Positions 16,965 to 24,315 of a stretch of DNA of 33,227 bases are shown here, piece after piece. A model generated the notes under the pieces. The model did no database searches, was not told the origin of the DNA, and saw only the letters and a program-made list of their open reading frames with translations. Numbering within the stretch: the stretch's first letter is position 1; the number at the start of each line of letters is the position of its first letter. The stretch spans positions 1 to 33,227 of the IMG/VR virus record IMGVR_UViG_3300045988_173170. The stretch is one strand, 5' to 3'. This DNA comes from a virus. The position numbers and the translations under genes were made by a program.

Positions 16965-19262
16965 ATGGAATTATTAAGAAACGGATTAAAGCTTATTGTT
17001 GTTCAGGGTTTAGATGATTCAGAAGGGTCCGTAAATGTGCCAGTGAAATTGGTTCATAAATCGAACGATCAATATGTTAATTTTACTGAGCAAGTGCATA
17101 TTAGATATATAAATGGTGGAAAAGCATTTGAGGAAATTCTTCCTTCGAAGGATTCGGAATTTTATATTCCAGGAAAAGTGTTTATTGAATCAGGCCCAAT
17201 TCAATTAGCCGTTCATCTGATCAATGGAGAAGTTGAACGTGTTACAAATGAATTACAGTTTGTTGTTAAGACAGCGCCTAATGGTAAAACTCTCGTTGAT
17301 CCAAGTGAATTTTCGTGGCAGCAGCTAGTAGATCAGTATGTAAATGCGAAGTTAGATACATTTGCCGATAAAGCAGATATGAATGAATTCAAGGGTGATG
17401 TTAATGCAAATTTATCTAATCAAGATAAAAAGATTACAGATTTGCAGACTTCAACTAAATCAACACTTGATTCTCAGAATGCAAAAATCAACGATGCTTC
17501 TAGTACGCAGAACTCAAAAATTGCAACACTTGAAAGCCGTATGAACACATTCACTAGGCTTTCTGAAGGATCTACAACTGGTGATGCAGAACTACAAGAT
17601 ATTAGAGTAGGTGTTAATGGCACAACTTATGATACGGCTGGCAATGCGGTTCGTGGTCAATATAGTCAACTAAAGGAAGATTTAACTCACTACATTTACA
17701 AACCAACTTTAGAAGATAACAATAAATTTCCTCGTGCAAAAGATGGAAATGTTGAATGGGTGGAGCAAGGACTACCGACAGACGAACAGACAGCAAATGC
17801 TGTTAAAGATTGGCTTGATGAACATCCGGAAGCTACAACAACGGTTCAAGACCGTTCACTTACTATTGATAAAATGGTTATTGGAACACTTGGTTATGTA
17901 ACTCCCGAAATGTTTGGTGCTGTTGGTGATGGGCTTACTGATGATAGTGATTCGATAAAAAATTCTATTTTATTTGCTTCATCGCACAATGTTCCACTAC
18001 TTTTTTTGCAAAAAAGATACTTTGTATCAAAGGAAATTCATTTAAGTAATCAGAGCGGTATTGAAATTTACGGTGATGGTCTTGCCATGTATGATTTGAT
18101 TTATACACTGCCTTGCATTATAAACAATAATGAATTTAATGGAGATAACATTTTTAAATTTGACAATTGCGGAAGTGTTCATATTAAAGGATTATCGTTG
18201 CAAGGAACATCAGCAACCAAAAATGGAATATATATTGGTACAAATACAGCATTATTTATTGAAAATTGTAACATTTCAAATTTCAATGTAGGTTTATATT
18301 TATTTTATCCATCCAGTATTAATAAATTTTATAACAATAACATTGGTCATTGCCACTGCGGTATTTATGGTCTTTCTGTTGGTGACAGTCAATTTGTAGG
18401 AAATTATATAAATGGCTGTGGTTTTGATGATGCATCGGAAGACCCATTTAAAGGAACAGGAATCTATCTTGGATTAGGTTCAAGTCATAACCTAATTAGT
18501 GGTGGGAAAATTGAATATAATGCAAAAGGTGTTTTTATTCATGCATCTAGCGGAATTATTATTAGTGATATAAATTTTGACCATAATAGTTTTTCTCATA
18601 TAGTAGTAACAGGTGATAGAATAGATAACTTTATTGACTCTAAAAATATAGGAATTTATTCTAATTATTTTAGGAGTGGTGGCCTAGAAGAATATAGGTG
18701 TCATATCATGACTAAATCACAATTAGGAAATGTAGAATTAAGTATTGTCGGTAATACATTTATAAAAGAAAAAAGTAATGAAGAATCTGAAGAAAGCGGT
18801 AATTACGGACCAAAAGATGCAGTATTTAGATATAGGAGCGGAGATAATGGATTCACATTAACAGCATTTATAGCAAGTAATCAGATGACTAATGGGTCTC
18901 TTGGTAATGATTTATGGCTGGATGGCTTCAATGCTACGGTATATTTTTTGAATAATATAACTAATCTTAATAGATATGTTACAAACAATAATAAAGTTAT
19001 TACTGGTCCTAAAAACTGGAACGTATTACTTGGCCAAAGAAACATCGATTTGACAACTATGGGTAGTGGTGATCATACTGGTTCATTTGTTGTGGATATC
19101 AGCAAATATTCAAACGCATACATAATTCCTTTAGGTGGAACTAACGGAAATGACTACAGATTTTGTGATACATCAATATTTGCCGAAAATAATACCGTAT
19201 ATGTTTACAGTAAGACATTATCAAGTGCATATGTAAGATACCTTATATTATATATTGAATAA
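16965..19262 (+). CDS. Receptor-binding tail fibre/spike with pectate-lyase-like beta-helix (putative depolymerase)
   Basis: ATG at 16965 after AGGAAGGAG. FGAVGDGLTDDSDSIKNSI is the hallmark N-cap motif of the pectate lyase superfamily domain. It is followed by repetitive N/G/I-rich beta-helix-like sequence. Confidence 0.78.
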   Translation: MELLRNGLKLIVVQGLDDSEGSVNVPVKLVHKSNDQYVNFTEQVHIRYINGGKAFEEILPSKDSEFYIPGKVFIESGPIQLAVHLINGEVERVTNELQFVVKTAPNGKTLVDPSEFSWQQLVDQYVNAKLDTFADKADMNEFKGDVNANLSNQDKKITDLQTSTKSTLDSQNAKINDASSTQNSKIATLESRMNTFTRLSEGSTTGDAELQDIRVGVNGTTYDTAGNAVRGQYSQLKEDLTHYIYKPTLEDNNKFPRAKDGNVEWVEQGLPTDEQTANAVKDWLDEHPEATTTVQDRSLTIDKMVIGTLGYVTPEMFGAVGDGLTDDSDSIKNSILFASSHNVPLLFLQKRYFVSKEIHLSNQSGIEIYGDGLAMYDLIYTLPCIINNNEFNGDNIFKFDNCGSVHIKGLSLQGTSATKNGIYIGTNTALFIENCNISNFNVGLYLFYPSSINKFYNNNIGHCHCGIYGLSVGDSQFVGNYINGCGFDDASEDPFKGTGIYLGLGSSHNLISGGKIEYNAKGVFIHASSGIIISDINFDHNSFSHIVVTGDRIDNFIDSKNIGIYSNYFRSGGLEEYRCHIMTKSQLGNVELSIVGNTFIKEKSNEESEESGNYGPKDAVFRYRSGDNGFTLTAFIASNQMTNGSLGNDLWLDGFNATVYFLNNITNLNRYVTNNNKVITGPKNWNVLLGQRNIDLTTMGSGDHTGSFVVDISKYSNAYIIPLGGTNGNDYRFCDTSIFAENNTVYVYSKTLSSAYVRYLILYIE

Positions 19263-19320
19263 TCAACACAAGCAGACATTAGTTAACTAAATAAGAATTA
19301 AGTGTATTGAATGATTTTAT

Positions 19321-19347
19321 AAGAGTCTAGAAATATACTCTTTTTTT
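19321..19347 (+). terminator. Rho-independent terminator after the tail genes
   Basis: AAGAGT (19321-19326) / ACTCTT (19337-19342) stem with a T-run to 19347. Confidence 0.5.
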
Positions 19348-19371
19348 ACAAATTTAAAAGGAGGAATAAAT

Positions 19372-19641
19372 ATGATTGATTTTGCAGAATTAAGTAAATA
19401 TTTTGTTTTGGTAGTTGTAGTAGCTTGTTTGATTGTTGGATACATTTTGAAAACATCATTTGAAAGCTTTCCAAATAAATACATCCCTACTGTATTAGCT
19501 TTTGTAGGATTAGTACTAAATCTAGCAGTAAGTGGTTTAACAATTGAAAATGCAATTTATGGTGCATTAATGGGATTAGCATCTACAGGTATGCACCAAG
19601 CTTTCACTAGATTTGTCGAAGGACAAACAGAAGAAAAATAG
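19372..19641 (+). CDS. Holin-like membrane protein
   Basis: 89 aa with 2-3 hydrophobic helices and a charged C-terminus (EGQTEEK). AAAGGAGG RBS. Lies upstream of the endolysin. Confidence 0.7.
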   Translation: MIDFAELSKYFVLVVVVACLIVGYILKTSFESFPNKYIPTVLAFVGLVLNLAVSGLTIENAIYGALMGLASTGMHQAFTRFVEGQTEEK

Positions 19642-19655
19642 AATAGGTGGCTTGC

Positions 19656-20051
19656 ATGGATTTTGTAATTACAAGCCAACAAATTATATGGATTTGTGGA
19701 TTCATAGCATCCATTTGGGGTGTTGTTAAGATTTTTAAAGAATTAAAAAAACCGAGTGATGATTTAAAGGCTACAGTCAAAAGGCATGATGATTTATTAC
19801 ACAAGGATAACGAGCGATTGAACTCATTAGAAAAGATTACTTTAAATCAAGAAGGAATTAATCGCAAATTAGAAGAACATACTCGCATTTTATCAGACCA
19901 TGACGATAGATTAGACGAAGATAAAGAAAGAAGCAATTTGTTACTTAAAGCTAACATTGCAATTTTGAATGGTTTATTGTCTGAATCGGATAAAGAAAAA
20001 CTAGTCGAAACTAGAAATGAAATTCAAGATTTTTTAGTCGAAAAGAATTAG
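19656..20051 (+). CDS. N-terminally membrane-anchored coiled-coil protein in the lysis cassette
   Basis: ATG at 19656 after AGGTGG. TM segment IIWICGFIASIWGVV is followed by a charged coiled-coil region. Confidence 0.55.
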   Translation: MDFVITSQQIIWICGFIASIWGVVKIFKELKKPSDDLKATVKRHDDLLHKDNERLNSLEKITLNQEGINRKLEEHTRILSDHDDRLDEDKERSNLLLKANIAILNGLLSESDKEKLVETRNEIQDFLVEKN

Positions 20052-20060
20052 GAGGTATTA

Positions 20061-21122
20061 ATGATGAATATTATTAAAAATTTAGTAAGTCCTAGCTTAT
20101 ATTATTGTAAATGTCCTTTTGACATGAATCCAACTCGCATTGTTGTTCATAACACAGCTAATGATGCTTCTGCTAGAAACGAAATTCAGTATATGATTAA
20201 CAATCGAAATGAGGTTTCATACCATTACGCAATTGATGATAAAGAAATTGTTCAAGGTATTCCCGAGAATAGAAACGCTTGGCATGCTGGAGATGGTGGT
20301 AATGGAATTGGAAATAGACAAGGTATTGCTATTGAAATCTGTTATTCAAAGTCAGGTGGGGCAAGATTTGATGCTGCTGAATTATTAGCTGCTAAATTCA
20401 TTGCATCAAAATTAAAAGAAAAAGGATGGGGAATCGATAAAGTAACTAAACACCAAGACTACTCCAATAAATATTGCCCACATAGAACTCTAGATAAAGG
20501 TTGGCAACGATTCCTAAAGATGATTCAAGCGGAATTAGGACAAACTAATCCAAGTTCACCAAGCACTCCAAGCACTCCAAGTGGAGAGAAGTATTCTACA
20601 GGTACTCCAATTTGCACAAATACATTAAGTACAAATTGTAATGGTACATCTAAAATCTTAAAAGGGGATTGGAGCGGTTCAATCGGTAAAGTTATTAAAG
20701 GTTCTAAATATCCATATCGTGTTGATCGTAATGGGGTAGCGATTGGATGGACAAATGATACAGGTATTGATACAGACCCACATACACCAGTAGGTGCTAC
20801 ACAATCTAATGCAGAAGCTATCGACCAAATCTTGCATGAAGGAAGCTACGTTACATCTGTGCATATGAAAATTGGTAATCAAGGCTTAAAGCAAATAGGC
20901 GATGATTTATGTTGCTACTTATCACAATTAGGCGGTTGGTTCCCAATTCGATTGGTCGACAAAGTGCCAAACTCAGACGGATATAATGACAATGTATTGC
21001 ATACTACAAATGCAGTAGTCTACGTATCTAGAATCAGAGTCGATGCAGTGAATGTTCAAAAGAATATTGTCAAGATTGGTGGTGTTTGGGTTGATCCAAC
21101 ACCGTTAACAGAAATTGTATAA
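20061..21122 (+). CDS. Endolysin: N-acetylmuramoyl-L-alanine amidase (Amidase_2/PGRP type) with C-terminal wall-binding region
   Basis: RIVVHNTAN...YHYAIDD...AWHAGDG...IAIEICYS...KHQDYSNKYCPHR. PSSPSTPSTPSG linker, then a C-terminal SH3-like region. Confidence 0.9.
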   Translation: MMNIIKNLVSPSLYYCKCPFDMNPTRIVVHNTANDASARNEIQYMINNRNEVSYHYAIDDKEIVQGIPENRNAWHAGDGGNGIGNRQGIAIEICYSKSGGARFDAAELLAAKFIASKLKEKGWGIDKVTKHQDYSNKYCPHRTLDKGWQRFLKMIQAELGQTNPSSPSTPSTPSGEKYSTGTPICTNTLSTNCNGTSKILKGDWSGSIGKVIKGSKYPYRVDRNGVAIGWTNDTGIDTDPHTPVGATQSNAEAIDQILHEGSYVTSVHMKIGNQGLKQIGDDLCCYLSQLGGWFPIRLVDKVPNSDGYNDNVLHTTNAVVYVSRIRVDAVNVQKNIVKIGGVWVDPTPLTEIV

Positions 21123-21162
21123 ATAGTAAAAATAACACATTCAACTATTTTTTCGTATATTT

Positions 21163-21196
21163 AGCCTATGATTAAGTTCATAGGCTGTTTTTTTTA
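21163..21196 (+). terminator. Strong rho-independent terminator of the late operon
   Basis: AGCCTATGA (21163-21171) / TCATAGGCT (21178-21186) 9-bp stem, 6-nt loop, then G + T9. Confidence 0.85.
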
Positions 21197-21208
21197 TGTT
21201 CAAAAATG

Positions 21209-21255
21209 TATGCTCATAGCATAATGCTAGCATATACGCAAGCATAGGTAATGCT
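21209..21255. repeat. Cluster of six ATGCT/AGCAT pentamers in both orientations
   Basis: ATGCT at 21210, 21224, 21251. AGCAT at 21218, 21229, 21241. Includes the perfect palindrome ATGCTAGCAT (21224-21233). Confidence 0.5.
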
Positions 21256-21319
21256 TTTCTTTTGCTTTTTTTGGATTAAATACCGACTTTTGGAAACTCT
21301 TCAAAAATTAAGATATCGT

Positions 21320-21339
21320 TTATATCTTGATTATATCTT
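21320..21339 (+). repeat. Pair of TTATATCTT direct repeats, 11-bp period (candidate integrase arm-type sites)
   Basis: TTATATCTT at 21320-21328 and 21331-21339. Confidence 0.5.
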
Positions 21340-21461
21340 AAAAGGAATAGATTCTATTAAATATCATTTATTCTCATGAATTCTGCACCTATATTTAAAG
21401 CACAAATTAATGTTATAAACGCATTATCTTTCTACGAAAAATTTACTAACTAGGTAAAATG

Positions 21462-21477
21462 TGCTTTATATAAAGCA
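21462..21477. repeat. 16-bp perfect palindrome TGCTTTATATAAAGCA
   Basis: Read directly. GTGCTTT also recurs at 21494-21500, and its complement AAAGCAC occurs at 21397-21403. Confidence 0.6.
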
Positions 21478-21499
21478 TAAATTGCACATTGAAGTGCTT

Positions 21500-21519
21500 T
21501 TATATCTTATTTATATCTC
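21500..21519 (+). repeat. Second pair of TTATATCT(T/C) direct repeats, 11-bp period (candidate arm-type sites)
   Basis: TTATATCTT at 21500-21508 and TTATATCTC at 21511-21519. Same spacing and orientation as the pair 180 bp upstream. Confidence 0.5.
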
Positions 21520-21530
21520 AAAAATTCAAA

Positions 21531-21550
21531 AAGCTAGATCTCTCTAGCTT
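21531..21550. terminator. Bidirectional terminator hairpin downstream of int
   Basis: AAGCTAGA / TCTAGCTT 8-bp stem with a 4-nt loop, flanked by an A-run on the left and a T-run on the right. Confidence 0.7.
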
Positions 21551-21560
21551 TTTTAGGTTT

Positions 21561-22640
21561 TTAGAAGTTTGAAATTGCATTCAAAACCTCTTCCTCTTCT
21601 GTATCAATAAGATGGCCATAAATATCCATTGTAGTACGTATAGAAGAGTGTCCTAAGCGTTTTGATATCTTGTACATATTAACACCAGCCTCGATAAGAT
21701 TTGAAGCATGTGAGTGTCTTAACGCATGAATATTGAATTCAGGAACTCCAGCTTCTGCACACAATTTGTTTTTTCTTGATCTCAATATTTCAGGATCCAT
21801 GTGTCTATATCCGCCAAAGATGAACCACGACTCTTCAAATTCATCAAATGAAGAATAGTATTTCTTCAATTCATAAATAAACGATTTTGTCTTTTCATCA
21901 ACCGCAATCTTACGAATTGAATTCTTGGTCTTTGGCGTCTGCCACTTACCACGAATATATTGTCTGCGAATATGAATGTATTTACCATCAAAATCCTCAA
22001 AGGTTAAAGATAAACATTCAGATACACGCATGCCTGTCATATACATCGTCCAAATTGCGTATGCCGTATCTTTCCACGCTCCCTCTCTAGTTGTTACTGC
22101 ATATTCAAAAAGTGTCTTAAAATCACTTTTAGGCACGATTTCAAGCTTCTTAGCCTCCGTGGCCACAGGCCTTGTCAAAGGAGCCATCTTAAAAAATGGA
22201 TCATTGATAATACCGTAGTATTTCTTCGCGAATCTAAAGATATTTCTAAGATTAGTTAATAAAGTCTTTTTGGTCGAATACTTATAAGATTTGATCTGTG
22301 GCAATTCAAAGAAGTTGTCTATATCCATATATGTAATCTTGGCCATCTTCTTATCATTAAGCGGAGACAACATATTCAGATACACTCTTTTCGTATCCAG
22401 TGTGGATGGTTTCAACGTTCTAGACTTAAATTCATACCATTTTAAAGAAACTTCATAGAAGGTTACGTTCTGGTCTCCAACAACCTTTAATTGCATAAAA
22501 GTAGATTCTGCAGCTATCGCTTCTTTCCTGGCATTGAACCATTTGGAATGTTTTTGAATACGATCTCCATTAAAATCAGTATAGTAACAACGGTAGCACC
22601 ATTGTTTCTTTCCATTGTGTAGGCGCTCATAAATAGGCAT
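21561..22640 (-). CDS. int: Tyrosine integrase with N-terminal arm-binding-type domain
   Basis: 359 aa. HALRHSHASNLIEAGVNMYKISKRLGHSSIRTTMDIYGHL carries the HxxR...H...Y catalytic motifs. GGAGG RBS. Confidence 0.95.
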   Translation of the reverse strand: MPIYERLHNGKKQWCYRCYYTDFNGDRIQKHSKWFNARKEAIAAESTFMQLKVVGDQNVTFYEVSLKWYEFKSRTLKPSTLDTKRVYLNMLSPLNDKKMAKITYMDIDNFFELPQIKSYKYSTKKTLLTNLRNIFRFAKKYYGIINDPFFKMAPLTRPVATEAKKLEIVPKSDFKTLFEYAVTTREGAWKDTAYAIWTMYMTGMRVSECLSLTFEDFDGKYIHIRRQYIRGKWQTPKTKNSIRKIAVDEKTKSFIYELKKYYSSFDEFEESWFIFGGYRHMDPEILRSRKNKLCAEAGVPEFNIHALRHSHASNLIEAGVNMYKISKRLGHSSIRTTMDIYGHLIDTEEEEVLNAISNF

Positions 22641-22671
22641 TTAAATTTCCTCCGTTCTATGCTAAAATGAG

Positions 22672-22758
22672 CACATAAAAAGTTTGATGTGGTAGTCATC
22701 TTTTTATGTGAGAGTATTGGTAGTACTCTTAATCGTCCTGGATGTTGGTAGCATCCAG
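22672..22758. repeat. Three consecutive hairpins whose 7-nt loops all contain TGGTAG
   Basis: H1 22672-22710 (CACATAAAAA..GATG TGGTAGT CATC TTTTTATGTG). H2 22711-22729 (AGAGTA TTGGTAG TACTCT). H3 22738-22758 (CTGGATG TTGGTAG CATCCAG), followed by a T-run on the + strand. Confidence 0.6.
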
Positions 22759-22765
22759 TACTTTT

Positions 22766-23620
22766 TTATTTACCTTTTAATTGCTTTGACTGCAGTTTTA
22801 ATCTTTTTTTCTTTTCTTGCTGCAATTGCTTTATACTTTTTGTTGGAGTTGGTAACTCCTCAGGAGCTTTTCCACCTAATTCAATCATCGTTTTTCGAAC
22901 TTGATGTCCAACTTTTCTATGGACAGCACAAGAACGTCCTTCGCCTTGAATATTATCATTCTTTAATTTTTCATCAGTTTGAGTGATTCTAAACCAGTTA
23001 GCAGCCAATTCAGTTGGACCCATGTAATCTAATATATCTTGATTTTTACTAAGGTTCTTTCTGGTCTTGATATCAGCCATATTTTCTCCCCCATAAAGTC
23101 CTTGATAACCAGCATTATTGAATTTCCCAAAGTTTGATACACCATGATCTTGAGCAGTGGTAAACAATGTTTTATTTGAATTTTTCACGTTTTCTCGTAG
23201 TGCCAGTCTTTTTTCATCATCAGACAACTTTTCAATATTATCTTCTAATATCTCTTGTTTTCTTGTTTGAATTGCAAAATACGATTGCCCTTGCGCTACT
23301 GCCTTTTTACGCGCATCTGCATTTTGAACAATCAAGTAACAAGCATATCTTGATAATTTAATATCTTCAATTTCGCGTTCTGTTCCTGAACCTATGAGGA
23401 CCATTTTGTTGGCGTCAACGAAATGGTTTTCGATTACATTGCCACTTTTTTCGCATGCAATTTTTGCCTTGTTTATCACTTTAACAAAATTTCTCCATTC
23501 GTTGTATTGCAATATGTTTTGCAAATCTCTTGCAAGCCAAAATTCAACTCCATTTTTGGAAAGATGTTTTATATCGTCGAATTCTGTTAAATCAAAAATT
23601 GATTGTTGTATATATCCCAT
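22766..23620 (-). CDS. dinD: DinD-like protein (DNA-damage-inducible protein D family)
   Basis: LSRYACYLIVQNADARKKAVAQGQSYFAIQTRKQE...AGYQGLYGG...MGPTELAANWFRITQTDEKLK...GGKAPEELPTP aligns closely with my recollection of E. coli DinD along the whole length. AAAGGAG RBS. Confidence 0.85.
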   Translation of the reverse strand: MGYIQQSIFDLTEFDDIKHLSKNGVEFWLARDLQNILQYNEWRNFVKVINKAKIACEKSGNVIENHFVDANKMVLIGSGTEREIEDIKLSRYACYLIVQNADARKKAVAQGQSYFAIQTRKQEILEDNIEKLSDDEKRLALRENVKNSNKTLFTTAQDHGVSNFGKFNNAGYQGLYGGENMADIKTRKNLSKNQDILDYMGPTELAANWFRITQTDEKLKNDNIQGEGRSCAVHRKVGHQVRKTMIELGGKAPEELPTPTKSIKQLQQEKKKRLKLQSKQLKGK

Positions 23621-23651
23621 ATTTATATTTCTCCTTTATTAAATCTTTCAT

Positions 23652-23686
23652 CTGTATGCACTTAGCATCCAGGATTTTTTATTTTG
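23652..23686 (+). terminator. Diverged copy of hairpin H3 plus T-run, overlapping the stop of the bPH gene
   Basis: CTGTATG CACTTAG CATCCAG GATTTTTTATTTT, compared with CTGGATG TTGGTAG CATCCAG TACTTTTTTATTT at 22738-22772. Confidence 0.45.
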
Positions 23687-24074
23687 CTTCACTTTTCAAT
23701 TTTCTCAATATTTCTCCAGCGAACTCTGCGCCACTTCGATTAATTGAGATTTTAACTTCTCCATCAACTGTATTCAGTATTAAAGTTCCTGCTGTTAATG
23801 TTTTTTTGTAGAATACGTTCCTGATCTGACTCCAATTCCACTCTTTAAACTTATATCCAAACATATTTTTAGAACATTTTATCAGGCGCTTTTTAGTTGC
23901 TACAAAGCATTTTCCATTTACAGTAATGAATGGAAGATTAAGTCTTTCATCTGAATCCAACATCGCGATAATCTGTTCAAAGCATTTGACTGCATTTTTC
24001 TTAGAAATGCCACCAATCAACTCATTGTTGATTGAATAGAAATAAGCTTCCATTGCAATTTCATGATTAGTCAT
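23679..24074 (-). CDS. Bacterial PH-domain (YokE-like) protein, 131 aa
   Basis: Internal ATG at 24074 preferred (GAAAGGAA upstream). The pattern ...CFVATKKRLIKCS...WNWSQIRNVFYKKTLTAGTLILNTVDGEVKISI resembles bPH domains. Confidence 0.55.
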   Translation of the reverse strand: MTNHEIAMEAYFYSINNELIGGISKKNAVKCFEQIIAMLDSDERLNLPFITVNGKCFVATKKRLIKCSKNMFGYKFKEWNWSQIRNVFYKKTLTAGTLILNTVDGEVKISINRSGAEFAGEILRKLKSEAK

Positions 24075-24158
24075 AATAAATTCCTTTCTTTCTGAATGAT
24101 AAATCCAGAATTTTATTGATTTTATAAGATAAAATTGACGTTCGCACAAAGATTTGAT

Positions 24159-24188
24159 AATATAGATGAGCACGTTTTTTGTTGACAA
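24159..24188 (-). promoter_or_regulatory. Candidate leftward promoter for bPH/dinD-like genes (TTGTCA-18-TATATT)
   Basis: Read on the - strand. Its -35 overlaps the -35 of the rightward consensus promoter. The region is AT-rich, so specificity is limited. Confidence 0.35.
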
Positions 24189-24210
24189 CACACAAAACGC
24201 AATTTATAAT
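24182..24210 (+). promoter_or_regulatory. Perfect consensus sigma-70-type promoter TTGACA-17-TATAAT, pointing right against the island genes
   Basis: TTGACA 24182-24187, 17-nt spacer, TATAAT 24205-24210. A second near-consensus TTGACG-17-TAATAT lies at 24135-24163. Confidence 0.6.
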
Positions 24211-24216
24211 TTGATT

Positions 24217-24315
24217 ACAAAGAGGAATTCCTCTACATATCTCATCTACCATTAAATAGGAAGAAGGAGAATCGGAAGCGCTAATATATCATTAGCGCTT
24301 CTTGCATTTTATCTT
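24217..24315 (+). ncRNA. Candidate ~100-nt small RNA (no family assigned)
   Basis: Predicted start about 7 nt after the -10. 5' hairpin AGAGGAATTCCTCT (24221-24234), purine-rich single-stranded stretch, 11-bp terminator hairpin (24275-24301). No start codon follows the internal GAAGGAG. Confidence 0.35.
24275..24301. terminator. 11-bp perfect hairpin shared by the convergent transcripts
   Basis: GAAGCGCTAAT ATATC ATTAGCGCTTC. T-rich sequence follows on both strands. It lies 7 nt past the stop of the 189-aa gene. Confidence 0.7.

Larger units (their letters stand above)
21197..21530. other. attP-containing non-coding region (core position not determinable from this sequence alone)
   Basis: AT-rich, ORF-free DNA between the lysin terminator and the int terminator. 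It is packed with direct and inverted repeats (listed as separate features). Confidence 0.6.

Noticed and set aside
20551-20590. Short tandem CCAAGCACT repeat in the endolysin gene
   Set aside because: It encodes the PSTPSTPS inter-domain linker, which is ordinary for modular endolysins.
21123-21560. tRNA gene or tRNA 3' fragment in the att region (also checked at 27403-27664)
   Set aside because: No cloverleaf-compatible arms or GTTCGAATC-type T-loop were seen. GGATTCGAG at 27631-27639 is part of the long-range stem, not a T-arm.
22708-22986. 92-aa ORF on the + strand
   Set aside because: It starts inside the hairpin cluster and runs antisense to the well-supported dinD-like gene. It has no RBS.
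23621-23678. Search for a LexA (Cheo-type GAAC-N4-GTTC) box upstream of the dinD-like gene and in the 24075-24308 promoter region
   Set aside because: No such palindrome was seen by eye. Only an isolated GTTCG occurs at about 24139. SOS control therefore cannot be claimed.
24067-24252. 61-aa ORF on the - strand upstream of the bPH gene, and the long form (24191) of the bPH ORF
   Set aside because: No Shine-Dalgarno. The sequence is occupied by the back-to-back promoters and 5' UTR. The internal ATG at 24074 gives a compact PH-domain protein.
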